A DNA stretch of 64,000 nt, taken from assembly GCA_017455205.1 (NCBI GenBank), contig JAFTBM010000035.1:2933-66932 (forward strand). Reading direction: 5' to 3'. The notes under the pieces are model-generated. The model made no database searches. It saw only the letters and a program-made list of their open reading frames with translations, and was not told the DNA's origin. How positions within the stretch are numbered: position 1 is the first letter of the stretch; each line of letters begins with the position of its first letter. Source of the DNA: Bacteroidales bacterium. GTDB lineage: Bacteria > Bacteroidota > Bacteroidia > Bacteroidales > P3. Position numbers and translations under genes: made by a program. This document shows, piece after piece, positions 25,437 to 34,200 of this stretch.

Positions 25437-26411
25437 CTATTGCCGTAGGCGGAGCGTTTCCCCCACGTCCTCCACCTCGTGGAGGACTGCCCGCTCTGCA
25501 CCCGAGGGCGCATTGGGGCTGTGCAGCACCACGTAGAGCCGCCCGTCGAACGAGCGGAACAGCATCCCGTGGCCACCATCGCGACTGAACAGCGGCTCCC
25601 TCTGGTGAATCCACGGCCCTGCGATGCGACCCGTGGTCGACTCGGCAATGCCCACCGCATAACTGCTCCCCACGAAGCTCGACCACAGCATCACCAGTTT
25701 CCCCGTCCGCGTGCGGTATAGGAATGGACCGTCGGTTACATAATACTTCTCTGCGCCCATGCCCTCCCACTGCAGCGGGCTGGCCCACGAAGCAGCCGAT
25801 GCACAAAACAGCCTCGACGAAGGTCCAGCGGCTTTGTGAAGGTTCTTCGTCAGCCGCATTAGCCGCATCTCGCCATCGAGGGTCTCCACCCACTCGTGGC
25901 AATAGACCATATAGGGCACACCATCTTCCACCCAAAGCGTACCGTCCAAGCACATCTCCCCTTCGGGGGTGGCAGGCTTATCGCCGAGAGGGAGGAACGG
26001 CCCCTCGGGCGAGTCGGCACGGAATATCTGCGTGCCGCGCAGGTAGTAGGGCGGCAGCACCGTGTCGCGACGCTTCCACTCCACGCTGCTATTCATCGTG
26101 GCAAAAAGGTAGTACTTCCCCCGATACTGATGCACCTCGGGCGCCCACACCAGACCCGTGGCCCAGTTGCTCTCTGGCACCTCAAACACCTGCTTCGGCC
26201 CCTGCCAGTCGGCGAGGTCCTTGCTCCAATACACAGCCACCCCGCCCAGCGTCTTGCCCTCGTGGCTGACCGACGACGAGCAGTAGAGGTAGTAGGTCTG
26301 CGTCTTGCCGTCGGCAAGAATAAACGGGTCGCGGACGCGAATATCCTTCAGCCCAATCGCCTCCGCCAGCATCGGCAAAAGCATCAGCACCGCCAACACA
26401 ATCTTTTTCAT
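25437..26411 (-). CDS. Glycoside hydrolase family 43-like protein (five-bladed beta-propeller)
   Basis: Start at MKKIVLAVLMLLPMLAEA (signal). Contains RDPFIL, WAPEVHQYRGKYYLFAT and DGTLWVEDG patterns typical of GH43. Confidence 0.8.
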   Translation of the reverse strand: MKKIVLAVLMLLPMLAEAIGLKDIRVRDPFILADGKTQTYYLYCSSSVSHEGKTLGGVAVYWSKDLADWQGPKQVFEVPESNWATGLVWAPEVHQYRGKYYLFATMNSSVEWKRRDTVLPPYYLRGTQIFRADSPEGPFLPLGDKPATPEGEMCLDGTLWVEDGVPYMVYCHEWVETLDGEMRLMRLTKNLHKAAGPSSRLFCASAASWASPLQWEGMGAEKYYVTDGPFLYRTRTGKLVMLWSSFVGSSYAVGIAESTTGRIAGPWIHQREPLFSRDGGHGMLFRSFDGRLYVVLHSPNAPSGAERAVLHEVEDVGETLRLRQ

Positions 26412-26444
26412 AATGCTACCATTTGTGATGATTAATATTTTCGG

Positions 26445-26452
26445 CAAAGATA
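26445..26452 (-). promoter_or_regulatory. -7 promoter box TATCTTTG (minus strand) for the GH43 gene
   Basis: The reverse complement of CAAAGATA matches TAnnTTTG. It lies about 34 nt upstream of the ATG at 26411. Confidence 0.45.
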
Positions 26453-26485
26453 GCAAAAAAAGTTGAAACCAGAGTTGCCATCCCC

Positions 26486-26561
26486 AATTCTCAATTTTCA
26501 ATTCTCAATTTTCACTTCCCATTTTCCCCAATTCTCAATTCTCAATTTTCAATTCTCAATT
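26486..26561. repeat. 7-mer word array AATT(C/T)TC x about 10; same word family as 20605-20730 in the opposite orientation
   Basis: Units at 26486, 26493, 26500, 26507, (26514, 26521 degenerate), 26530, 26537, 26544 and 26551. Preceded by GCCATCCCC. Confidence 0.9.
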
Positions 26562-26568
26562 AGGACTT

Positions 26569-26676
26569 GGTCCGTGTCAGGTCCGTGTCAACTCCGTGTT
26601 AGGTCCGTGTCACCTCCGACTCGAGTCGGACTTAACACGAACCAATCACGAACCAAGCACGGACTAAACACGAGCC
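26569..26676. repeat. 11-mer word palindrome: GGTCCGTGTCA-type x4, 16-bp perfect palindromic core, inverted degenerate words x4
   Basis: Left words at 26569, 26580, 26591 and 26602. Core TCCGACTCGAGTCGGA at 26615-26630. Right words TTAACACGAACC / AATCACGAACC / AAGCACGGAC / TAAACACGAGCC at 26632-26676. Confidence 0.9.
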
Positions 26677-26883
26677 AAATCCCTACGGGCGATACCCGCA
26701 ATGGCGACGGGGATGGGGAAGAGGAAAGTGGCACGAGAAGGCAGCGATTAGGCACGGGACGGGGGGAGAACCACAGGGTGCGCAACTGATTTCTTCTTTT
26801 CAGAGGTGGGGCTTGCCGCATCGCACTACGGCGATAGAACAAAATTTTTCAGAGGTGGAAAGGCGATATTCAGGATTTTTGCG

Positions 26884-26891
26884 TAACTTTG
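26884..26891 (+). promoter_or_regulatory. -7 promoter box TAACTTTG upstream of lepA
   Basis: Matches TAnnTTTG followed by CA. It is 30 nt upstream of the ATG at 26922. Confidence 0.5.
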
Positions 26892-26921
26892 CACTCCCAA
26901 ACCTCTATGAACTCCACGCGT

Positions 26922-28697
26922 ATGGAAAATATTCGCAACTTCTGCATCATTGCCCACATTGACCACGGCAAAAGCACGTTGGCAGACCGCCTGCTGGAGG
27001 TTACACACACGGTCAGCCAGCGCGAAATGCAGGACCAGGTGCTCGACGATATGGACCTCGAGAAAGAGCGCGGCATCACCATCAAGAGCCACGCCATACA
27101 GATGAACTATCGCGATTATGTCCTCAACCTGATTGACACGCCAGGGCACGTAGACTTCAGCTACGAGGTGAGCCGTGCCATCGCCGCCTGCGAAGGCGCT
27201 CTGCTGGTGGTGGATGCCACGCAGGGCATTCAGGCACAGACCATCTCCAACCTCTACCTCGCGCTGGAGAACGACTTGGAAATCATCCCCGTGATGAACA
27301 AGATCGACCTTGACAGCGCCATGCCCGAGGAGGTGGCCGACGAGATTGTGGATCTGCTGGGCTGCTCCCACGACGAGATTCTCCGCTGCTCCGCCAAGAC
27401 CGGCGAGGGCGTGGAGGCCATACTGAACGCCATCGTCAGCCGTATTCCTGCCCCGCAAGGCGACCCTTCGGCACCGCTCCAGGCGTTGGTTTTCGACTCG
27501 GTGTTCAACTCCTTCCGCGGCATCATCAGCTACTTCCGCATCATGAACGGCACGCTGCATACGGGCGACCACGTGAAGTTCGTCTCCACGGGTCGCGAAT
27601 ATAACGCTGACGAGGTGGGAGTGCTTCGCTTGAACATGGAGCCACGCAAAGAGCTCGCTGCGGGCGATGTGGGCTACATCATCAGTGGCATCAAGAGTAG
27701 CAAAGAGGTGCGCGTGGGCGACACCATCACCCAAGTCGCCGAGCCATGTGAAAAACCCATCGACGGCTTCGAGGCCGTCAAGCCGATGGTCTTCGCTGGC
27801 CTCTATCCCGTCGACGCCGACGACTACGAGGAGCTGCGTGCCAGCCTCGAAAAGCTCCAGCTCAACGATGCCTCGCTCACCTTCGAGCCCGAGAGTTCGC
27901 TGGCCCTCGGCTTCGGCTTCCGCTGCGGCTTCCTCGGATTGCTGCACATGGAGATTGTGCAGGAGAGGCTGACGCGCGAGTTCAACATGGACGTCATCAC
28001 CACCGTGCCCAACGTGCAGTACAAAGTGAAACTGACTAATGGCAACGAGATTGACGTCTACAACCCCTCGGGTATGCCCGAGCCCAACAACATCGCCGAG
28101 GTCTACGAGCCCTACATCCACGCGCAGATCATCACCAAGGCCGACTTCATCGGGCCGGTCATCAAGCTCTGCATGGACAAGCGCGGCCAGCTCAAAAACC
28201 AGACCTACCTCACCACCGACCGCATCGAGATCACCTTCGACCTGCCGCTCGGCGAGGTGGTCTTCGACTTCTACGACAAGCTGAAGTCTATCTCGAAGGG
28301 TTATGCCTCGTTCGACTACTACATCAACGGCTACCAGCCCTCCAAGCTCGTCAAGCTGGAGATACTCCTCAACGGCGACCCGGTGGATGCACTCTCCACC
28401 CTCACCTACGTGGACAACGCTTACCCCATTGGCCGCAAGATGTGCGAGAAGCTTAAGGACCTCATCCCGCGGCAGCAGTTTGACGTGGCCATCCAGGCCG
28501 CCATCGGCAGCAAGATCATCGCCCGCGAGACCGTGCGTCAGGTGCGCAAGGACGTCACGGCCAAGTGCTACGGTGGCGACATCACCCGCAAGCGCAAGCT
28601 CCTCGAAAAGCAGAAAGAGGGCAAGAAGCGCATGCGCCAGGTAGGCAACGTTGAGGTCCCCCAGAGCGCCTTCCTCGCCGTCCTGAAGCTGGATTGA
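26922..28697 (+). CDS. lepA: Elongation factor 4 (LepA)
   Basis: [38 protein letters not shown] and the LepA-specific C-terminus. The ATG at 26907 is an alternative start. The ORF start at 26889 lies inside the promoter box. Confidence 0.95.
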   Translation: MENIRNFCIIAHIDHGKSTLADRLLEVTHTVSQREMQDQVLDDMDLEKERGITIKSHAIQMNYRDYVLNLIDTPGHVDFSYEVSRAIAACEGALLVVDATQGIQAQTISNLYLALENDLEIIPVMNKIDLDSAMPEEVADEIVDLLGCSHDEILRCSAKTGEGVEAILNAIVSRIPAPQGDPSAPLQALVFDSVFNSFRGIISYFRIMNGTLHTGDHVKFVSTGREYNADEVGVLRLNMEPRKELAAGDVGYIISGIKSSKEVRVGDTITQVAEPCEKPIDGFEAVKPMVFAGLYPVDADDYEELRASLEKLQLNDASLTFEPESSLALGFGFRCGFLGLLHMEIVQERLTREFNMDVITTVPNVQYKVKLTNGNEIDVYNPSGMPEPNNIAEVYEPYIHAQIITKADFIGPVIKLCMDKRGQLKNQTYLTTDRIEITFDLPLGEVVFDFYDKLKSISKGYASFDYYINGYQPSKLVKLEILLNGDPVDALSTLTYVDNAYPIGRKMCEKLKDLIPRQQFDVAIQAAIGSKIIARETVRQVRKDVTAKCYGGDITRKRKLLEKQKEGKKRMRQVGNVEVPQSAFLAVLKLD

Positions 28698-28784
28698 AAT
28701 ATATCGGATAAAAGACAAAAGCCTAATATCTCGTACAATATTGAACGAATCATGACGTTACAATAACGAAGAAAAACAGAAGGC

Positions 28785-29024
28785 ATGAATACAATAACCT
28801 GCAATATCGGAATACCCAAGGCCGATTTCCCGTTTATGCAGGAATTGGCCAAGAGGATGGGGTGGACACTGACTGAGGCCGCTCCCGCAGATGCATTGTT
28901 CGACCCCGAGAGCGGGAGCTACCTAAACGCAGAGACAATGCAGGCCATCCGTGATGTAGAAGCGGGGCACGGTGTGAAAAGAGTCAAGAACATTGACGAA
29001 CTGTTTGCGGTGTTAGCGGTATGA
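28785..29024 (+). CDS. Putative antitoxin of the YafQ-type module (RelB/DinJ-like C-terminus)
   Basis: 79 aa, overlapping the toxin gene by 4 nt. The C-terminal NAETMQAIRDVEAG...NIDELF resembles RelB/DinJ-class antitoxin tails. The assignment rests mainly on context. Confidence 0.55.
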   Translation: MNTITCNIGIPKADFPFMQELAKRMGWTLTEAAPADALFDPESGSYLNAETMQAIRDVEAGHGVKRVKNIDELFAVLAV

Positions 29025-29302
29025 ATGAACGCTATCAGTTGGAATATGGAAGCAGGTTTGTAAAAGACCTGAAACTTGCCAAAAGGCGTGGCTTCGACTT
29101 AGCCCAGCTCAAGGCAGTAACCGATATGTTGCAGGACGGCATTAAGCTGCCTGCCAATTATCGCGACCATTTGTTGACTGGTAATTACGGGGGCTACCGC
29201 GAATGCCATATCAACCCCGACTGGCTACTGATATACAGCCGCAAGGATACCGTTCGCATCATCTCGCTTTACCGCACAGGAACCCATTCGGATTTGTTTT
29301 AA
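29021..29302 (+). CDS. yafQ: YafQ-family (RelE/ParE superfamily) mRNA interferase toxin
   Basis: FVKDLKLAKRRG...RDHLLTGNYGGYRECHINPDWLLIYSRKD..IISLYRTGTHSDLF matches the YafQ signature. 93 aa. Confidence 0.85.
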   Translation: MNERYQLEYGSRFVKDLKLAKRRGFDLAQLKAVTDMLQDGIKLPANYRDHLLTGNYGGYRECHINPDWLLIYSRKDTVRIISLYRTGTHSDLF

Positions 29303-29334
29303 GACGTTTATTCAACGAATAATCCCCTCTCCCC

Positions 29335-30144
29335 ATGAAAAACATAACCGCAATGCTTTCCGTGCTGCTTCTGGCCTTTGGCATCAACGCACAGGGCAGC
29401 CGCTTCACCAAAATCACCGTAGCCAGCTGGAATATCGGCCACTTTGCCCTCGGCAAGTCGGGCGACACCAAGCTCACCCATGATGTGCTCGACTTCAATA
29501 GCCAGGCCTACCGTGCACTGCTCAACGCCGTGGGAGCTGACATCCTGGCGTTGGTCGAGTATAACCCGCTGATGGTCAATGCTACCGACGACAAACCTGC
29601 CGTTGAGGCTCGCAAGGCCATCCTCTCCAACTACCGCGATGCACAGATAGGTCCCAAGTACAGCTACAACTGCAACGCCGTCTTCAGCAACGGTATTCGC
29701 GTGCTGGGGGTGGACACAGTAATGTTCTCCAAGATGGTGCAGAAGCGCTACTACCTGGTGACGACGATGCTCCTCGACGGCGACACGGTGAAAGTGGTCT
29801 CCACCCACCTCGACTGGAACCAAGGCGAGACGGGCGCCGCCTGCCGCGCTGTCCAGATACAAGAAATCATCGAGGCCTTCAAGAACGACAAGTACGTGAT
29901 TATGTGTGGCGACTGGAACGTGGGCAGTGCTGCCGAGTATGATGCCTTCATTCAGGCAGGTTACGACATGGCCAACCACGGCTATCTGGGCGACATCCGC
30001 ACATTCCCCGCTGGTGCCACCCCTCGCTCGCCTTTGGACAACATTATCGTCAAAGGCTTTGCCGTCAGCCATGTCGGCACGACCAATAATCCCCTTTTGA
30101 GCGACCATATCCTCATACAGGCCGACCTCACCAAGCTGCCGTAG
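29335..30144 (+). CDS. Secreted endonuclease/exonuclease/phosphatase (EEP) family protein
   Basis: Signal peptide. EEP motifs SWNIGHF, LVEYN, VSTHLDWN, CGDWN and SDHILI. Confidence 0.8.
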   Translation: MKNITAMLSVLLLAFGINAQGSRFTKITVASWNIGHFALGKSGDTKLTHDVLDFNSQAYRALLNAVGADILALVEYNPLMVNATDDKPAVEARKAILSNYRDAQIGPKYSYNCNAVFSNGIRVLGVDTVMFSKMVQKRYYLVTTMLLDGDTVKVVSTHLDWNQGETGAACRAVQIQEIIEAFKNDKYVIMCGDWNVGSAAEYDAFIQAGYDMANHGYLGDIRTFPAGATPRSPLDNIIVKGFAVSHVGTTNNPLLSDHILIQADLTKLP

Positions 30145-30269
30145 CCAATTATATTCTGTCTCCTGCACAATATGCGGAAAGACAAAACGTTTATGCTGCA
30201 AAGACCAACGATAATGGTAGCAATCACAACATTCAATCCTATTCAGGCATACCATAACTCGCTGATATT

Positions 30270-30281
30270 CCCCCCCCCCCC
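30270..30281. repeat. Homopolymeric C12 tract
   Basis: Twelve consecutive C read at 30270-30281. Intergenic, about 165 nt upstream of the ATG at 30446. Confidence 0.95.
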
Positions 30282-30445
30282 ATATTACACACAGAAGTGA
30301 GGAAAATGTAGAGGGCAGGGAGAATCCTTATCGTCGCTTTTTGAGACCTCGGGCGATGCTTACGGCATCGGCTCGAGGCTTCGCCGTTTCTGTGGCGTCC
30401 AATGGCTCGTGTATTCAATTTATTAACCCTTAAACAATCACAATT

Positions 30446-30904
30446 ATGAAAAAGATTTTCACACTGGCACTGACGGCACTGTTCGCACTCTCGATGGGTA
30501 CGATGGTCGCCTGCGACAAAGACGACGAAAGCAGCAGCTCCACTACCAGCAGCTCTACTGGTGGCAATGGTAGCAACAGCAACCGCTTACCCAGCGAGAT
30601 TGCCAACACCCATTGGGAATACACCGTGGGCGAATACGGAGAGTATGGCTATTTCACGGTGTATGTGGATTTCTCCACCCACAACGCCGGCGTTACCCGC
30701 CAGAGCATCCAGCCCGGCAATGTAACCACCGATAACTTCTACGGAAGCGCCACCTACTCCAACGGCAGCGGTACCATCCAGCTGCTCGACGGCATGACCG
30801 ATGAGAACCGTGGCACCGCCACCTACATCATCAGTGGCACGACAATGACGCTCAATCTTCTCGGCGAAACCTACACGCTGACCAAGTACGTAGCGACGCG
30901 TTAA
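30446..30904 (+). CDS. Hypothetical lipoprotein with a Ser-rich linker
   Basis: MKKIFTLALTALFALSMGTMVAC lipobox, then DKDDESSSSTTSSSTGGNGSNSN. 152 aa. Confidence 0.6.
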   Translation: MKKIFTLALTALFALSMGTMVACDKDDESSSSTTSSSTGGNGSNSNRLPSEIANTHWEYTVGEYGEYGYFTVYVDFSTHNAGVTRQSIQPGNVTTDNFYGSATYSNGSGTIQLLDGMTDENRGTATYIISGTTMTLNLLGETYTLTKYVATR

Positions 30905-30928
30905 GGCAGCATTCGGGTGCATTTTATG

Positions 30929-30967
30929 CTGCGGGGTGAATGGTAGGGTTCGCCCCGCAGTTTTTTA
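30929..30967 (+). terminator. Rho-independent terminator of the lipoprotein gene
   Basis: CTGCGGGG (30929-30936) pairs with CCCCGCAG (30953-30960), followed by TTTTTT. Confidence 0.7.
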
Positions 30968-31137
30968 TAGTGGATGTGAAGCAAACCAGAGGGATGAAAT
31001 AATTGCCGTGCGGTGCGGTGTGCAGAAGTTTACATCCCTGCCTGTGGTATTATGCCCCATTGGGGTTGAAAGGGGCTTCGGGGGATGGTGATTTTATTTT
31101 GTTGGGCTGGGTGTGGAAAAAAATTCGTATATTTGCA

Positions 31138-31145
31138 CTTGGAAA
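31138..31145 (+). promoter_or_regulatory. -7 promoter box TATATTTG upstream of the giant cargo gene
   Basis: Matches TAnnTTTG followed by CA. Preceded by an A/T run and a G-rich upstream tract. Confidence 0.5.
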
Positions 31146-31227
31146 TTGTGCCTGCACGGGTGGGTACAATGGCCTATAGATGAATTGCAATGAAATGAAA
31201 CACAGCGATATTAAAAACATTTGCGAT

Positions 31228-34200
31228 ATGAAAAGGGCGTTGGTTTTGATGGGTGCAATGCTGACATTAATGGCGGGAAACGTCAGGGCGCAGGTGTATG
31301 AGATGTATTATCAAGGCTTCGAGAGTGGGCAGTCGGCCACGTATAGTGTAACGACGAGTGGAAGTGAGGCTGACAGCGTGCTGGTGCGGACAGGAAGTCG
31401 GAGTCTGCGACTGCTGCAGAACAAGACGGCGGATGTGGAGTTGGTGCTTGACACGATAGACTTTTCGCAGAATGTAGCGTTGCGCTATGTGGCGTTGGAG
31501 TTTGACCATGTGTGTAATCTGCCGACTAATGGTAGCCGTGGGGTAGGGGAGATTTACGTGAAGAGGGCAGGGCAGTCGGACGATAGTTATGTGCAGCTTT
31601 CGGGCAGCGAGTATAACAGGGATGGTGATACCTACAGCGACCCGTTCACGATGCTTTTGGCGTTCAACCGTGCGTCGTATGATGAGTGGGATGTGGCAGC
31701 GGTGGACAATAGTAGCTGGAAGCATGAGCGGTTTGATATAGACAATATCCTTGGCGGGGCATCAACCACGGCGGAGCGGAAATTGATTATTAAGTTCAAG
31801 CTGGACAGACGGACGGTTTCGGGCGATGTGCCCGCCGATGGAGGATGGTGGCTGGACAATGTGAGGGTGCGTGCGAGCCAGAGCAAGATAGTGAGTCCGA
31901 AGTTGGATATGGTGGTCTATCCCGATGGGGAGTTGCTTCCGAGCAGCCGTGGGGCGAAGGTGGCACTGGATGCATACACGTCGGTGGCGGAGGGGATAGA
32001 CGGTGACTCGGTCTATGTGGTCTATCGGGTAGGGAGCAGTGGGGTGGAGCATAGGGTGGCGATGGCTTCGCAGGGAGCTGCACAGCGACACGATGGAGTG
32101 GCGGCCACGCGTTTCGCCTGTAGGATACCTTTTTACGGCTACGACACGCTGATGCGTTTTTATTGCGTAGTGAAAGATGCCACCACAAACGCCAACGAAG
32201 TAACCTTCCCGAAGTCGGGAGGACAATGGGTGGAGTATAGGTGCGTCAGGGGAGAAGCTCAGACGAACAGCACAATACCCGCTGCCCTAACGGGGACTTC
32301 GACCAGCACGGCGTTCCCCTTCCCGAAATACATTGACAATCGGAGCGAGTGGATATACGATTCGGCACTGATGGCATCGGCAGGCTACGGTCCAGGAGGG
32401 ATTACGGCGATGAGGTTTGTGCTGGGCGGTGCTGTGCAGGCGCAGACGCGGACAAACTTGCAAATAAGGATGAAGAACGAGGGGACGGACTACACGGTGT
32501 CGGGGAAGCAGAACTATGTGAGCGGTTACATGCATGTGGTGTGGGATTCGACACTCAGCATAGCGGCAGCTGATGCGGGGTCGGAGGTGGTAATCAGGCT
32601 GCAAGATACCTTCTTCTATGCTGGCAAGGATGTGGTGATGCAGGTGATATACGATGGTACGGGGAGTGCCGACCCCGAGGCGGCGAGCGTGCAAACTATT
32701 GCCACGGGAAGCAACAAGCTTTCGAAGGTAAGGAACGGCAAGAGTTACTCGGCGGGAGTGAATACTTACACAGACGAAGAGTTCCTCGAGCCGTCGTCGG
32801 TGGAGCGTGTGAGGCCAGTGGTGGTGATGACTGCGGTGGAAAATCAGGTGCTGGTGCATGATATGGGAGTGGCAGCTATAGTATTCCCCAACGAGACGTC
32901 GCCCATAGTGTCGCAACCAGCACAATTGCAAGTGCAGTTGAAGAACTATGGCGAGGATGCGGTGCAAGCCATAAGGATAAGCTATGCCATTGATGGCACA
33001 ATACCGACTGGCTACTACGACTGGACGGGCAACTTGGCAGGTCAGGCATCGGCAACGGTTACGATAGCCACGGGGGTGACACTGGCGGCGGGTTACCACA
33101 CCATTAGGGCGTGGGTGGAGGATACGCTGACATCCAGTGGGGCGAGGTATAGAGATCATGAGCCGCTCAACGATACGGCGGCGGCAGAGTTTATCGTCTG
33201 TGCGGGACCATTAAGAGGAGTGAAGACAGTGGGAGGAACGGGTAGCGACTATGCCACGCTGCATGAGTTGCTATTTGACATAGGCAGTTGTGGGGTGAAC
33301 GACTCGGTGATAGTGCGATTGGCTCCTGGCTATTATGAGCCTTTTGTGATGCCTGCGATAAGTGGCATTTCGGCGACGCACTACATAGTGTTCGAGCCTG
33401 CGAATGGCAGTGTAGTGTTCTATGCCGATACGACGGTAGGGAATGCCACAGCGATAGCCGACCTGACTTCGGGTGGGTATGTGCGGTTTAGGAACGTAGG
33501 GTTTGTGAGACGCAGCGGGGCTTTGAGTTATATGGCAGAGCTGGGCGTTTCGAGTACCGATTGTAGGTTTGAGGGGTGTTGGTTTACGGATAGCTTGAGT
33601 GGGCAGTCGTCGGATATGCGAATTGCGGCGATGGTGTTCACTGGCGGTGCCAACAATGTGGTGGTGAATGGCTGTCGGTTTGTGGGTGGAGGCGTAGGGG
33701 TGGACATCCAAGGGATCTCGGCATCAAGCAGAGCCACTGGCTGCAGCGTGAGCAAGAGTTATTTCAAAGGGCAGTATACGGATGCCATCAGTGTGCGCAA
33801 CGCTACGGGAACGAAGGTGGTGGGCAATGAGATGTACGATGTCGAAAGCAGTGCGAGTGCGGTGGTGATAGTCTATCAGTGCAATGGTGCGACAGAAATC
33901 AGTGCCAACAAGATATACACCTCACATGGGGCAAGCGGACTGATGGTCAGTGGGGTGGAAGGCACATCGGCACAGCATGCGTTAGTGGCGAACAATATGA
34001 TAGTCTGTGCAGACGATGGTGCAGCCACCACGGCACAGACACCGCTCAATGTGCTGCAAGGTGCATGGTTGGACGTGGTGTATAATGCGGTGAAGCACAA
34101 TGCGGCAACGCGTAGCAACTTGCCAGCGGTGGTCTTCGGTGGAATCCAAACGACCAATAGCCGACTGATGAACAACATTATAGCCTGCTACGACGGAGTC

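Noticed and set aside
26486-26676. Considered whether the word arrays (also 20605-20730, 5033-5101, 56436-56504) are CRISPR arrays
   Set aside because: The repeats are 7-11 nt and directly abutting, with no unique spacers. There are no cas genes in the window. The arrays are partly palindromic, unlike CRISPR.
26826-28718. 630-aa ORF antisense to the whole of lepA
   Set aside because: It fully overlaps a confidently identified essential gene. Its translation is the typical Ala/Gly/Val/Leu/Asp-rich mirror of a GC-rich gene with C/G-ending codons, and it has no recognisable motifs. It is a stop-codon-poor shadow frame.
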